Below, piece by piece: positions 25,425-39,479 of a DNA stretch of 64,000 bases. The position numbers and the translations under genes were made by a program. The stretch's first letter is position 1; every line of letters starts with the position of its first letter. The notes under the pieces were generated by a model. It saw nothing but the letters and a program-made list of their open reading frames with translations, ran no database searches and was not told the DNA's origin. This DNA is from Camelus ferus (taxonomy: Eukaryota): NCBI RefSeq assembly GCF_009834535.1, contig NC_045707.1, forward strand, positions 50,966,001 through 51,030,000, written 5' to 3'.

Positions 25425-26444
25425 CTGTGAAATAACAACAAGAACAGAAAATGCCACTATCCTACAAAGTATTTGTACTGTGAGAATTAATTATCTTAAC
25501 TTTGCCAGAGAGGCATTCAAGTTCAGTTTTAATCAAAATTATTAAATAGACTAAGTTTGTTTTCAAAGGCTTCCTGTTCCTTCTTTCTTTACTTCTCTCT
25601 TTGCCTTTGCTCTTTTTGTAGGCATTGATCCTAACACCCCATCTTTACCTTTTCTCCCAAGTTTGCTTCATTCAGGCACTGTCCCATGTTCCAAGATAAT
25701 GTCATGCTTTCTTTTCAAAGTTTAAGGATTTCTTCTTGTGACTTACAGCGTTGTCAGCTGTGACACATCTAACAGCTGATGTTCACATCTGCATCACGCT
25801 CCCATGGGCATTCTGAACATGAGAGCTTCAACTCTTCCTTCTTCCCTTAAGAAACAATTACAGGATGCCGAGAACTGAAATGGATATGGCCCTAAGGAGG
25901 AGGGGGAAGAATCCTGTGTGGTTTTTGAAGTATATAATTAGTATTAGTATTAGTATTACTAGGAATAAAGTTTTAATACTTCTCAACTGATCACTACATC
26001 AGTGTGTGAAGACAGCTGAATTAGAGGAAGTAATTCTGATGAGGCGGATTCATCCTAAGGGAAACATTACTGATATTCTCTCTTAGGAAATTTAAATATT
26101 TTTTCCATTTTTATTTCAAAAGAGCAAGTTGCAAATTGAGAATTTTACATGCAAAATGAATGCACTCTTTTGACTCCTTATATCTATTTGCCTTGCTTCT
26201 ATCTTCCAGTTTTAGGCCATATTTAATCATAAATAGAGGGATGGTCATCTTTTAATGGGGCAGGACATTCTAACTTGCCTCTAGGATCCGTGGGAAGGAA
26301 TTGATTTACCTAGATGACAATTCACTTCCTTCCATGCAAGTGAAAAAAGTAAAGAGTTGGATAAAGAGTGAAGAAATTAAAAGTAAATTACTCAGATGTC
26401 TTGAGGATAAACATATTCTAATACACAAACAGAGTTTTCTAAAT

Positions 26445-26568
26445 AGAAAGAAGGAAGGAAGAAAGAAAGGAAAGAAGGAAGGAAGGAGGGAAGGAGGAAG
26501 GAAGGAAGAGAAAGGGGGAAAGAAAGAAGAGAGTGAAAGAGGAAGGGAGGAGTTAAAGGAAAAAAAAG
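26445..26568 (+). repeat. Degenerate (GGAA/GAAA)n purine tract
   Basis: gaaagaaggaaggaagaaagaaaggaaagaaggaaggaagg... Confidence 0.9.
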
Positions 26569-27399
26569 ATAATTTCATAGCAAGACATTGTGTCTTCAAG
26601 GGAACTATCAGCTCTCAGAGGAGGTCAGGGACTATATTTTATATGGTATTGCTTTTGAATCTTCACCTGAATCTTCTCCAGCAATGTGTACATGGTAAGC
26701 ATCAAATAAATACATGTTGTTTGTTAGGAATAATCAAATATACAAGACACATGGGAGATTTTGTTTTGTTTTCTTTTAGAGAAATACCGAGCTATGAAAA
26801 AAAATAATGAATGTGTTTCTCATAAAGTTGCACAAGCTACAGTATGTAAGGGTCATATTTTTCCTGTGACACAGTTTCATCTGCTGTTTTACGTGTAGCA
26901 CCAGCTCTCTGCTACCCTGCCAAGCTTGAGCAACTCATAGGTCAGGCTATTGAGGAGAGATCTCCAGGGGCTAAAACATGTTGATTACAAAAAAAAAAGT
27001 GGTGTTAATGAGTCAGAGCATTCTCCTCTCCTTTTTCACTGATGTTTAATCTCTTCCAAGAGTAACAATTGCTTTGTCATACATTACTTGCAAGATTAAG
27101 TGACCACAGAATTGACTGTACCTAAAAATGACTGCAAAAAACAGGGGTGGGGGCATATACTTGTAATCTAGTCAGGATCTGACTAAGTAAATTAATGATA
27201 TCTCAAGGACTCTAAAGTCAAGAAACTGTCTTTGAAAAAAGACTCAGAAAACTTCAGACATGTAAATAATGCGGAGTTGACTATGTCTAATCAATGATAA
27301 CTTTTTTTACAGGTCCTTAGCCTCTAAATTTACTATCATTCTTTCTCTGAAAACCAGCTCAAAGACATTGATTTAGTATATAACCATAAGGAATTAATT

Positions 27400-28620
27400 A
27401 GTTCAAAAACCATGCATGAATGCTTCTTATGTGGCAGGCATAATATCAGATGACAGAAAGAAAAAAAAATGACCCCTTCTTTCTCTAGTGAAGAATGGAG
27501 AGAAATGAATGGATTCTTTTATTCCAGAAATACATCTGAACATTTCCTACGTGCTAAACATATGATAGTTTCTTGAGATAAAGAAACAAAGGCAGATATA
27601 GACCCCACTCACAAAAGTTCAGCGTCTAGTGGGGACACAGTATATAAAGAAGCAATTACAGTATGGTTTAATAGACATTAAGGAGGTGTAAATTGAATGG
27701 TATTAAAAAAACACATTATTGAAACACAGATCATTTGCAATTCAAGGTTAAGTACAATAATAAGGGTATGAATATGTGATGTGGGAGTATAAAGGACTGC
27801 AAAACACTTACTGGGAAAGTCAGGGAGGGCTTCCTGGAAGAAGGTGACATTTGAGCTGTGGTAGAAAAGTTGTCTAGGATATGCCAGGTGAAAAAATTCA
27901 GATGGGGGTGACAGAAGGAACAACACATAAGAAGCCATAAATTTGTCAACAAGCCTGGCTTGGGCAGGAAACATGGAGAAGAACAGTAGGGTACATATCA
28001 TGGAGTGATGTAAATGACACCAGAATGAGAGATTAGCTACAGAATGTGAAAGGTGACTTGAAGTGAGCCAAAAAGAAAGCTGCACTTTTCCCTCAAGAAA
28101 GAGAGCCAAAATAACTTTTTAAGCAGAGGAAGAAATGATCAAACTTCTCTCTCTCTCACCTTCCTTCCTTCCTTTCTTACTCTTATCCTTCTTTCCTCTC
28201 TCCTACTGTTATGCAGAAAGTGACCTAGAGTAAAAGGAGAATTGAGGGTAGAAACCCCAGTTCGGAGATAGGTGCTGAAGCTCAAATGAACAACAATAAG
28301 TATCTGGGGAAAGCCAGTGACAGTGGAAATAAAGAGGTGAAGACAAAATTGAAAAGCACTTCTGGGGTAGAAGTCACAGTGTTTGGTTATGACATGAGTG
28401 AGTTTGTTTGGAGGATAAGACAACAGGGGGCAAAACATAAAATGTAAGAATCAGGAAGATGGAGATTTTCAGCTTGAAGCCTGAGTGACATCATGGATGT
28501 AGAATGGACGATTCAGGAGACAAGCAGTTTTAGGAACAAGGAAAGTTTTAGAATAGAAAAAGATGTTTACATTGTAAGTTTAAATTTCAGGTATCACACA
28601 GGTATCTTTAGAGGTAGTAA
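27400..28620 (-). mobile_element. L2 element(s)
   Basis: aaagtcagggagggcttcctggaagaaggtgacatttgagctg; ttttaagcagagg...atgatc. Confidence 0.75.
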
Positions 28621-28704
28621 AGAAATGAAAGGGGACATTTCAAATGGTTAATTTTCCAATGCATTATCCAGTACACAGGGAGAGGTTTTTCTGGCTCTTA
28701 GAGC

Positions 28705-29215
28705 TCAAAACTAAAACACTAATTCAAAAAGATACATGCACCCTAATGTTCATAGCAGCATTATTTACAATTTCTGTAATATGGAAGAAACCTCAGTATC
28801 CACCAATAGATGAATGGATAAAGAAATTGTGGTATATGTATATAATGGAATATTACTCAGCCATAAAAAAGTATACAATAATGTCACTTGCAGCAACATG
28901 GATACACTTAGAGATTATCATACTAGGTGAAGTAAGTCAAAGACAAATGTCATATGCTATCACTTATATGTGGAATCTAAAAAATACAACAAACTAGTGA
29001 ATATAACAAAAAGAAGCAAACTCAGATATAGAGAACAAACTAGTGGTTGCCAGTGGGGAGGAGGCTGGGGCAATCTGGGGGTTGGGGAGTGGGAGGTACA
29101 AACTACTGGGTGTAAGATAAGATCAAGGATGTATTGTACAACACAGGGAATATAGTCAATATTTTGTAATAGCTATAAATGTAACTTTTGAAATTGTATA
29201 ATTAAAAAAATTTTT
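28705..29215 (+). mobile_element. L1 3' end including ORF2 C-terminus
   Basis: ORF 28644..28997 gives KTLIQKDTCTLMFIAALFTI...WIKKLWYMYIMEYYSAIKK; 3' UTR and tail follow. Confidence 0.92.
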
Positions 29216-29419
29216 TAATCTAAATATATAGTTCCATGGTGCACTATAGCAAAAAAGGAGAAAGTAAATGGTTGGGTTATTCTAAAAGGTGGAACTCAGT
29301 TTTTCTGTGGAAAGCCAATATTGGAAAATTTGTAAAGTTTTGCCACAAGCTAATAACACATGTACTAACATCTTTGGGATTTGTAAATAGGTTAGAATTG
29401 GTTAAATACCTATGTTCTT

Positions 29420-29590
29420 CTTTCTCAGGATTGTTTTGGCTATACAGGGTCTTTTATGTTTCCATACAAATTTAAAAATTTTTGTTTCAGTTTTGTGGAA
29501 AATGCCATTGATAATTTGATAGGGATTGCATTGAATCTGTAGATTGTCTTGTGTAGTATGGTTATTTTAACAATATTGTTTGTTCCAAGT
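29420..29590 (-). mobile_element. L1 ORF2 fragment
   Basis: tttgatagggattgcattgaatctgtagattg. Confidence 0.85.
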
Positions 29591-30112
29591 GTGACCTTTT
29601 TCTGAATGGCACAAAAGGAATTGCTTGAGATACTTAGACAAAATACTCATTTCCAAATTCTTCTAAGCACATAAATCTCCTTGTATCATGAAAAATTCTA
29701 TTTAGTTTTGTATTGAAAGAGGACTAGCTCCTTAAAGGGGTAAAAGAAGGTTCTATCAACAAGAAGATTCCTGGTAGTTACAGTTTAAATCTAGAGGCCT
29801 GAAATGGAGATGCATAATACAGACATCATACTGAGATTGACTTAAGTGACTTTATTCTTGAAGATATCCAGTTTGCAGAATTTCTCTCTTCTGACTGTGA
29901 GCTCAGAATTGCCTCAAACTTTATATATATGAGGTTGCCTCCCAGCAGGATCCTTTCTCAATACTTCTGCCTTTGTGCATGCTTGTTTGAGTGTGTACAG
30001 GGTTAAGGGAGATACCTCTCTTTTTTCCTCCTCCTGGCTGTGGTCTGGGAAACAAGTAGACAGGAACGCCGAATCTCATATTATGGAAGAAAGAGATAGA
30101 TGACAGAATTAC

Positions 30113-30263
30113 CTTGGTAATGCCCTGTCTCCTAGATGAGTGGTATGTTTGCCTTTCCTTTTATTCTGACTTTGGGGGTTGGCTGCTTTCATGAAACAGT
30201 TCAGATTTGATGCATTCATTTTGGAATAAACATTACTAAATTTGGAAGAAGAGCAGTTTGAAA
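30113..30263 (-). CDS. Candidate exon, 151 nt, phase 1->2, open: SNCSSSKFSNVYSKMNASNLNCFMKAANPQSQNKRKGKHTTHLGDRALP(R)
   Basis: Acceptor ctctggtcactttccattag|; donor AAG|gtaatt; core of ORF 30109..30300. Confidence 0.68.
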
Positions 30264-30469
30264 CTAATGGAAAGTGACCAGAGCAAAATGCAAAATCCAA
30301 ATTACCAGTGTTTGTTGCATAGGGAAAAGGAAAAGTATGAAATCAATATTACTTTATAATACAATACTGATGTGTAACTATTTCTAATTTTATGTATACT
30401 TAATCAAATACTAATGGGCTAGATGAGTCTCTATTAACTATTAAAAGAGTACAAATAAATGAAAAATTT

Positions 30470-30900
30470 AAAACAGAGATCAAGTCTTACGGGGGACTAC
30501 AAGGTACCTGAATGAGATTACCTAAGAATAAAAAATGCAACAAAAACTAAATGTGAGGGTTGAGTAAATAAATTATGGCATGAAATGGACTATAATGCAG
30601 CCACTAAAATATGCTATAGCTCTATATTTTTTGAGATATAAAATATGTCTGTGATATATGTTTTGTGATAAAAGCTGATTATAAAGTTGTCTTATAGCAT
30701 TAAATGATTTTAATTATTTAAATTATAGAGAGGGGCAAGATTGTGTGTGTCCCTGTGTGTGTATGTCTACTAAACATTTTGGAAAGATGCACACCAAAAT
30801 ATTAATACTGCATGATAGGATTAACAATGATATTTTTCTTTTAGAATTTTTTGTTATTAGTACTAAAATGTTAAGTTTCATATACATATGTTTATTATGA
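30470..30900 (+). mobile_element. L1ME-type 3' fragment
   Basis: aaataaattatggc...aatggactataatgcagcc...ggaaagatgcacaccaaaatattaa. Confidence 0.55.
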
Positions 30901-31632
30901 GTTCAAGAGGGAAAAAACAAAAGGCAATTTCCACTTTTAAAACAGTTTGGTTGAAAAAAGATAAGCTTACTTATAAAATTTAAAATCTGACTCTGCATAC
31001 ATATGAATTATTTTTGAAGAGCAGTTGAAATAGTGACCAAAATAGATGACACAAATTAGGGGAACGAGTTTGTCATTCACTTTTTTAATGTGCAAACTTG
31101 AATCAAATTAGACTTTCAGGAAGCATGATGGTGTGAGTACATGTTTGCATAGCACGCTAACCAAAATAGCAAGCACAACAGAAAACAACAAAAGCAGCTC
31201 CATTATAAGGAAGTTAGTAATTTACCAAAGTCCCATACTGCAGAATCTAAAATATACTTGCTGTTTACAGTAATATTTGATCAAAGTAAATCATGCTTAG
31301 TTTTTGACACATATATTCCACAATCAAAAGTGGAACGCTTTTGGGGGGAAGAAAGTAAGCAGTATCCCTAAAAATCCTTTACTTGGAGACAGGCTCCCTT
31401 GCAGTTTGGACGGGTTGCAGAAGTACGGGCCACCATCTGTGATACCCTGGATCACAGGCTCGGTGAAGTCAGGAACTCTGTTTTTTGTTAACAACCGTGT
31501 CCACAGTTTCTGGCATATAGTAAGGGCTGAATAAATATTTGTCTAATAAATGCTTGAAGTTGTTTTCCTGCCCATGTAATGGCCGGAGTGGAAGGATAAA
31601 CAAAATAGCCATGTCATTTAATTTAACCCAAC

Positions 31633-31697
31633 CTAGATTCATAAGCCGGAGGAAACAGCTGCTCAGCCACAAAGCAAAGTTAACCAAACAGACATAA
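31633..31697 (-). CDS. Candidate exon, 65 nt, phase 2->1, open: YVCLVNFALWLSSCFLRLMNL
   Basis: Acceptor ttttttacttgatgagttaacag|; donor TAG|gttggg; phase bridges the 32211 and 30263 exons. Confidence 0.45.
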
Positions 31698-32150
31698 CTG
31701 TTAACTCATCAAGTAAAAAATCGTGTGAGCCTTAGAGCAGTGCACTGATACACACTGCATTACACTGATATGGAAGTCTGCCAGGATGACCTAAACCAGG
31801 CTCTAAAAGGAGAAATAGCTAATATTCAGGAGACTTAAGATTGGAAATAACTTGAAATATCTTGCCTTGACAAAGTCTGGGGACAAAGGCTACTCTGGGT
31901 CTTTAGCATCAGAAACTGTTGAATCTTCTCTTGACTTAGTTTTAGCGATCCCACCATTAGTGATCTTCATTCTCTGTGTGGCTCTGTTCAAGTGTCATAT
32001 TTCCAAGAAAGAGAATTGGATTTTCCCAACTTAAATCAGACACCTCTGCCTTTTTTTTTTTTCTGAAGAAGCAGAACATAATTTGCCATATTCTACAGCC
32101 CTGACTTATGACTCAGATTTAGTATTAGCATTCCTCTCTCCTTCCACTAC

Positions 32151-32211
32151 CTCCAGATTCTGTTGTTAGAAACTGTGGCCATTTTTCTTTGCTTCATTTT
32201 TCTCAAGATTA
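32151..32211 (-). CDS. Candidate exon, 61 nt, phase 1->2, open: ILRKMKQRKMATVSNNRIW
   Basis: Acceptor ctctcatttctcatttctcataaag|; weak donor GAG|gtagtg. Confidence 0.45.
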
Positions 32212-32534
32212 CTTTATGAGAAATGAGAAATGAGAGCTGTTTTCTCATTGACTTGCACAGTCCTGTGTTTAGCTTATTGGACATGAAAGGACTACATCTT
32301 GTTGGCTCATTGCTCACACTAGGAATCATTAGCCAATATTGTAGTAATCATTTCCTAGAAGATGCAACATCATACCTGTATCTTTTAACCAAAATAGTCT
32401 ATTTTGAACTTGAACATAATCCAACATCTTATAATTCTCATTTTTCCCTTTTTTTTAAGGTGAGATATTCATAAAAATATACTTGTAAAACTTTCATTAA
32501 ATAGAAATATCAGAAAAGATATCTGGCCAGATGT

Positions 32535-33097
32535 TTTAATTATCTATTGGTTCATAATATATTATTCCAAAAATTAGCAGCTTAAAAAACAAACATTTAT
32601 TATCTCACTGTCTCTGTGGGTAAGGGATTCAAGTGCAGGTTAGCTGGGCATCTCTCAATCAAGGTTTTTCATAAGGCTAAGTTAGAGTTGTGGCTAAGAC
32701 TATACTCTTACTAAGGCTCAACTGGGGCAGGATCCTCTTTCAAACTCCCTTAACATGGTTGTTGACAGGTTGTTCCTCATTGGCTGCTGAACTGATGGCC
32801 TCAGTTCTTTACTGACTGATGGCTAGAGGCCTCCCTCTTTCCCTTTCCACATGAGCCTCTCCCAAAACATGCCATCTGGCTTCCCTCAGCAAGCAAGAGC
32901 GTGAGAGAGACTGCCAAGACAGAAGCCACAGTCTTTCTGCCACCTAATCTTGTAAGTGATAGCCCATAATCTCTGCTACATTCTACTCATTAGAAGTAAA
33001 TTAGTAGATCTAATCCACATTTAAGAGGAAAAAATTACACAAGGGTGCAAATATCAGGAAGCAAAAATCACTGTGAGCTCCCCTAGAGCCTGCTTAT
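32535..33097 (-). mobile_element. MLT1E/F-type MaLR LTR
   Basis: gcttaaaaaacaaacatttattatctcac...cacaagggtgcaaatatcaggaagc. Confidence 0.8.
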
Positions 33098-33430
33098 GAC
33101 ACCAGGGAAAACCAGGTCTGTGATTCCTGTAATATTGGAATTATGGGTATATTCTGACATTTAAGAAGTAGAAGAAAGAAAGTAAAGTACAACAAAGTAA
33201 CATTAAAATTGAGGAGGGACTTTGGGTAAAAATGAAAAGCATTTACTATTACTGTTCTATAAACCAGGAGGGAAAGTGGTTTGATCATTAAGACAAATTT
33301 TCATCCACAGGCAAGGGGAATTTTACAGCAAACGTTTACACCAGACCTTCCCTGGGTCACGCATTTCTGCACAAGTTTTAAGAATGTGCCTCGTTATCCT
33401 CTAAAATAGTAGCTGTCCATCATGACTTAC

Positions 33431-33492
33431 GTTTTTCAATACAAAAAGTTAAGCGAGGATGTTGGTGATGTAGAAATGACCAGTAAGAGAAA
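33431..33492 (-). CDS. Candidate exon, 62 nt, phase 2->1, open: FSYWSFLHHQHPRLTFCIEK
   Basis: Acceptor tttttcttgtattgacaaaag|; donor AAC|gtaagt. Confidence 0.6.
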
Positions 33493-33609
33493 CTTTTGTC
33501 AATACAAGAAAAATGTGAAAAAGTATTAAATAATTTTAACAACAACAACAAAAAGATTATAAGAAAGATCCACAGAAAGGGAAAAAATGCAACAATTAAA
33601 ACAACTTAC

Positions 33610-33672
33610 ACCAACACAAAAGCAAAATATTTTGAGGCAAAGGAGTTCAAGACCTATGGGCCTCTTTCAGCT
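33610..33672 (-). pseudogene. Candidate exon, 63 nt, phase 2->2, one TAG: AERGP*VLNSFASKYFAFVL
   Basis: Acceptor tagtttcctttag|; donor GGT|gtaagt; 117-nt intron to the next exon; stop at 33654-33656. Confidence 0.55.
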
Positions 33673-33929
33673 CTAAAGGAAACTAGCCAGTTACATTTCT
33701 ACATGTGAAAAACAGGAGGATAACCAAATTCCTTAATAATTAGATAAAACTGATTATATTAGATATATTAGTCTTAATGAACTGCTCTGACACATATACC
33801 CAGAATGAATGCTGTTTCGGATGGGTGGAGTAGCTGAGAAGTAAACAGAGAAAAAAAATTAACAGACATTGGAAGAAAAATTTAAAACATCCAGTTTGGA
33901 TATGTTATAATCAACATGGTATGCTTTAC

Positions 33930-34011
33930 TTAAGAACTGGCAGAAAATCTACCCTACTAGCCACCCTGAAGATTCATCTTTCAGGTAACAGGAAACTCTC
34001 TAGTGTGTTTT
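33930..34011 (-). pseudogene. Candidate exon, 82 nt, phase 1->2, one TGA: NTLESFLLPER*IFRVASRVDFLPVL(K)
   Basis: Acceptor cctattcattcttcctcttgaaag|; donor TAA|gtaaag; stop at 33974-33976. Confidence 0.55.
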
Positions 34012-35516
34012 CTTTCAAGAGGAAGAATGAATAGGCGAAACAAATAATAATACATCAGAGCCTTATTTGGAAATGTGGGAAAAAATTTTCACATGAACAT
34101 TTTCAGATCAATTCACCAGAGACTCTATAGAAACATAATAATTGAAAGATTTAAAAAGATGTCAACAAACCAATGGCCCCAATATTCCTAGCAATTCACC
34201 AAGATTTACTGAATGTCAACAATATGAAGAGCACTCTGCACCAGAGAGAAGAAGTCAACGAACCATCATTTACATAATTATTTTGTTTCACAATAATATT
34301 TTTTCTAGTATTTATTATTTGGAAAAATTGAAGAGTATAAAGAAGAATATGTAAAATAACCCACAGAAAAACATGGCTAACATTTTGGTATGCTTTTAAT
34401 TAAAAATGATATGTGTTTACATATAAATATGTGTATATACATTTAAAATATTGATATATAATTTTTATAAATTATTTTTCAACTTTCTTTTTTCTCACCT
34501 ATGATGTCAGGGATTTTTTTCTTATGTTACTGAATATCCTTTGATTAATATAATTTACTAAATTGTATTCATTACATGATTTAATATATTAATTAATATA
34601 ATTACAATTATATTATATTACCTAATATAACAAATAATTGTAATTCATTACATCTGCTCATATAATAGATATTAGGTTATTTCCAATCTAAATATTTATT
34701 TTATTTTTGATATTCATGAAGTAATAAACATCCTAAAGCAAAAATGTACTGGTCATTTATAATGCAGCATACGATCTGTACTTTCAAAGAGTTCTTACTC
34801 TGGTGGGGGAAAAAAAGAGGTATAAAGGATTACTTTGACCTATGGTAAATTCTAAAAGTCAAATGCCAATTGCAATGCAAATATAGGCAATGCAGAACTA
34901 CCTGCCTTCTGCCTACATAAACCAGCGAAGGTCTCACAGAGATCTCACTTGCCTGGGTCTTGAAGGAGAAAAATGAGCTTGTTAGATAGACCACGAGCTT
35001 AAAGAATTCCAGGCATAGAGTATCAGGTGCAAGCTTGACATCTGAATAGTGATTAACTGGTTTCTTCCTGAAACACTACCTTTTCTTGCTTTCCATGACT
35101 CCAAACTCTCCCTCTTCTCCTCCTGTCTCTTGTTTGAGGAGGAGTACATGTATTTTCCATTTCTCCTATTTCCAATGGATGGACTTCACTAAAATAAACT
35201 CCTGGCCTCTTGCCCCACCCCTTAACCACATCTTCCTGTGAAGAGAGCAGATTCCATTATGGTTGAAAGTCACTGGTCCATATGTTACACCCATCATCTG
35301 CTATCACTAACAATTTGAATTTCTTTTCTTCTTTCTCTACCAGGTCAGTGGGAAGCAGAAAGCTTAAGTTAGATTTTCAACACCAAATTTACCCACAGAA
35401 GAACTTTCCTCAGACATAGACAAGAGATGTGAGAGGAGCCAAGGGCTACCACAACATTCTAGTCAGTCGGTTTAGCTCTCAGGCAACCTCAAAAGTTTAG
35501 CAGCAATTAATATTTA

Positions 35517-36045
35517 ATGTGGTATAGCCATTATGGAAAACAGTGTGAAGTGTCCTCAAAAAAATGCAATTAGAACTACCTTATAATTCCAGCAATTCCA
35601 CTCCTGCGTATATATCCAAAGAAAATGAAACAATAATTTGAAAAGAAACAAGCACCCCAATGTTCATAGGAGCATTGCTTACAATAGCCAAGATATGGAA
35701 GCAACCTCAGTGTCCATCAACAGATGAATGGATAAAGAAGATGTGGTATATACATAGATTAGAATATTACTCAGCCAAACAAAAAAAGAATACAATTTTA
35801 CCATTTGTAATAATAATGGATGGACTTAGAAGGTATTATTCTTAGTGAAGTAAGTAAGACAGAAAAAGACAAATACTGTATGTATCATTTATATGTGGAA
35901 TCTAAAAAATAAAGCAAATGAATAAATATAACAAATCAGAAACAGACTTACAGATACAGAGAACAAACTAATTGTTACCAGTGGGGAGGGAAGGGAGGAG
36001 GGACAAGACAGGAATAGGAGATTGATAGTACATACTACTAGGTAC
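35517..36045 (+). mobile_element. L1 3' end (L1MA-type)
   Basis: ORF 35660..35845 MFIGALLTIAKIWKQPQCPSTDEWIKKMWY is the L1 ORF2 C-terminus. Confidence 0.9.
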
Positions 36046-36996
36046 ACAAAAAAGACAACACTATAATCTCCACTTTATGACACCCTATTTCTCAATTTGC
36101 TCTGCACTGGACAAATCAAAAAGGGGTAATACGTTACTGCCCACCTAAAATCCCAGCAATTTGTATCCTATTTGTAATTACTTTTCGTGTGCCATGAGAA
36201 TTAGTGGTTGGTTGGATATGAGAGATGAGGGAGAGAGAACTAGAATGATTCCCAGATGCTAAAAGAGAACCTTTACAGAAGTGGCAAAACGGGGTGACTA
36301 ACATAATACCATTCTTTGAGTTTAAGGTATCCCTGGGGCTCCAAATGGAGAGTTCAAGTAAGGTCAAGTCAATAAAAGAAGAAAGTTGATTTATAGATTA
36401 TTAGAGAAAATATAATAAGAAATAGCAATAGTCTAATAAAAAGACTATTACATCTTAGGAAGAAAAAAAATTTAGGAATCAGATATATCAAAGTCATTCC
36501 ATTAATCTAAAAATCTGTATAATGTGAGAAAAAGCAACAATGACAATAATTTGTTGATATCTCTGTTTTTAAAAAACGGAATTATGATAGTCTATCCCAC
36601 TTCCCTCCTGCCCTAATCTCAACAGCAGTACTGTTACATGATTAACTGGAAAATGACAGTGGCTTGGAGGCCTAAATTAAATCTTAACAGGAGAGGTACA
36701 GGAAATGTTCTAGATTATAATTTAATGTGTAAACTTTGACAGTGGGAAGTAGGCCAGCTTTTAAAGAATAATTTATGACTCAAAAGCAAGCAGAAAAGTA
36801 CATAGCAGGTATGTGAAAGTATTAGCTACTAAGATAAAATATAGCTTCCAAAAGGAGTATATTTGCAGTGGAAGACAACCTTCCTTATCATTTTCTCTTA
36901 ATAAATAAGTGTATGTTTGTAGCACTTTATCATTTAGCTAGTTCACTGAAAGTTACACACAATGTGTCACATAAAACAGTATAATATATGTCAAAC

Positions 36997-37066
36997 CAGG
37001 CTTCTGTAAATTTTCAAACCCAAAAGGCCAGTTTTCTATTCCGCTGTGCTGACAAACTTGTATTCT
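36997..37066 (-). CDS. Candidate exon, frame and donor uncertain; phase 0->1 reading is open: RIQVCQHSGIENWPFGFENLQKP
   Basis: Acceptor attttctttgtactgtttgtag|; donor CTG|gtttga. Confidence 0.4.
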
Positions 37067-37759
37067 CTACAAACAGTACAAAGAAAATCTGCAGGATTTT
37101 TAAGACATCCAAATGGGGGACCAAAGAAGATTTTGGAGGGGAGGTGGAACTTGAGCTAGACCATCAAGAATTTTGACAGATGAGAACATGACAGAAAGAA
37201 AAAGACAGAAAATATGGGTGTTTCTCAAAAGTACATTAAACACTGTATAATGAAGTTGGATATTTTGAAATCAGTTTTTTCTCTTTCCTTGCTACCTTAA
37301 TACTCTGCAATTAAGTCAGCCTGAACTCCTGAGAACAAGTAACCCAAGTGAAATTGAAACCCCAGGGACATTTTGGGTATTCATGGCAATCATCAAGGGC
37401 CCCATCAATTCCTACTTCACCTTCTTCTGCTCCTATTCTCATCTGTTTTTTTCAATCTGGCTGTGACTCTTGGTCTTGGCTCTTACTTGAAGGTACATGT
37501 TTTACCTTTTGGATTTAGGTCTTCATTGTCTCCCTGATTTTTGGTTATTATTTCTCCTTAATCGTTTTTTGACACATATTTATCCCCTTGACACTCTCCT
37601 ACTCTAGACTGTCTCTGGTAGGATGGCTCACATCTGTTTTGGCCCTTTGGGACCCACTCCCAGTGCCAGGATTGTTTGGTAGCTGGAGCAGCCTAATACA
37701 GATCCACATCAGGAAGGATTTGGACAATGTCATCCATGGAAGTCGCTTTCGTTTTACTG

Positions 37760-39270
37760 TTATTTTTTTCTTGTAATTAAACACATGTTCATTGGAGGAA
37801 AGTATACAAAAGTAGAGAAAAATCACCTGCAATTCTACCATTCAAGATAAACACTATTAACTTGTTGTTATATTTCTTTCTAGTCTTTTTTCTATGTATT
37901 TGTTTATATACATATTTTAAATGATAAAATTGTATTCATAGTACATATACAGTTTGTATGTTTGCTTTTACATACTTATTATTTTATCATGATCACTTCC
38001 CAGTATCATTACTTCTGACAAAAAATGCTTTTTAATGGCTGTACATTTCAATATATAAATATAACATAATGAAACTCTATTATTATGCATTTCTGTTATT
38101 TTGATTTTTCACCTATTGTGCAGGAAACATGAATATCCAGTGGTCTATGTAGTGCAAGTTACAATCAAGGAACTAAAGATATAAAGCTAAATGCAACGAA
38201 AAAATAACACAGATTCCATTGCATCTTGGAAAACATACTTAGGGAACCCATTCAGAGTTCTGAAAACTTCCATAACATCCCCTATTCATTTGAGATTATG
38301 TAAATATCCTGTTTCTCCTTAAAATTTTGCCCACTAAATACATGTAGCATTCATCAGTGGATCTTGTGTATAGCAAGTGTTACTGTGATGTTCTAAAGGT
38401 AATTTCCTATTTCCCTCATTTCTTCTTCATCTATTATTTGGAATTCTTCTGTAAGGAAGATTTATCTCTTCCCTCATCTCCATTTATTCAGTCATTCACT
38501 TAAATCAGTGTAGACTCATATATTCTTGGGGGAAGGATGCTATAATCCAATAATATTGTTATTTATTTTGTTCAAATTGTAGCATTGGCCATTGGGAACT
38601 CTTTCAGATAGGCTCTTTTGTCTTTTTGATATGACTCCATTTCTGCATCCTTTTCTCTCTCTCTCTCTCTTTTTTTTTTTTTTTGAGCATTTCCTTACTT
38701 TCTAGTATTATACAGTGCTTTAGACTTATTTTGCAATTTTCCCTGATGAGCCCTACTATCAACCATTTCTCCAAGGAGCCCAAATCCCTTTAATTGGAGA
38801 AGTGTATTTAGAAACCAAGATCTACGTATTGGGTGAATTTATTGTTACCATGATTGTTACTAGGCCTTCTCAGCAGACAGATCTAGGAAATATGTGTTTG
38901 TATACTAACTACCTATGCACACATATCTATAGTTCTGTATTTATCTATTATTAAAATAAACATGAGTTTATGCCTTTATTTCCAACTCCAGTCCAGCACT
39001 ACAAGGTTCATTCTAGTCTTACTACTTCTTGTTTATTTGTCAGTTCTTTTTCTGATGGTGAGAAAACTTATCCACAAAACAGTACCATACTGAGCAGTTT
39101 CATCACTCTCAAAATTCTATTGCATGCCTCCTGTATGGTCATTTCCTTTATTCTTTCAGCTAATGATCTGTTGCCTATTCCTACAGTTTTTCTTTTTGAG
39201 AATGCCATATAATGGAGTCAAACAGTTGTAGCCTTTCTTGAATCTAGCTTCTTTCATGCAGTAAAATGAA
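37760..39270 (-). mobile_element. Old L1 3' fragments (L1ME/L1MD-like)
   Basis: ttggaattcttctgtaaggaagatt; aaccatttctccaaggagccc; tttagaaaccaagatct. Confidence 0.7.
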
Positions 39271-39479
39271 CACAGCATTTTAAAGGTATTTCTGCTAAGC
39301 CCTGCAGGATACAGAGATATCACAGAAGTCTCAACAGGAGGTAAAAGGGATATATATTGAGAAACACTTTGAATTTTTTTCCACTCCTGCTAGATCAGAA
39401 TAAATGGGCTTGTATCTGTTACAAAAGAGCTTCTGTATGCCATTTTATTTTCATATTTTTTTTCCTACTTGAAAGTGTA

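Noticed and set aside
26301..26807. Longest ORF (168 aa) and its antisense ORF
   Set aside because: Held open by a stop-free GGAA purine tract; low complexity and no splice context
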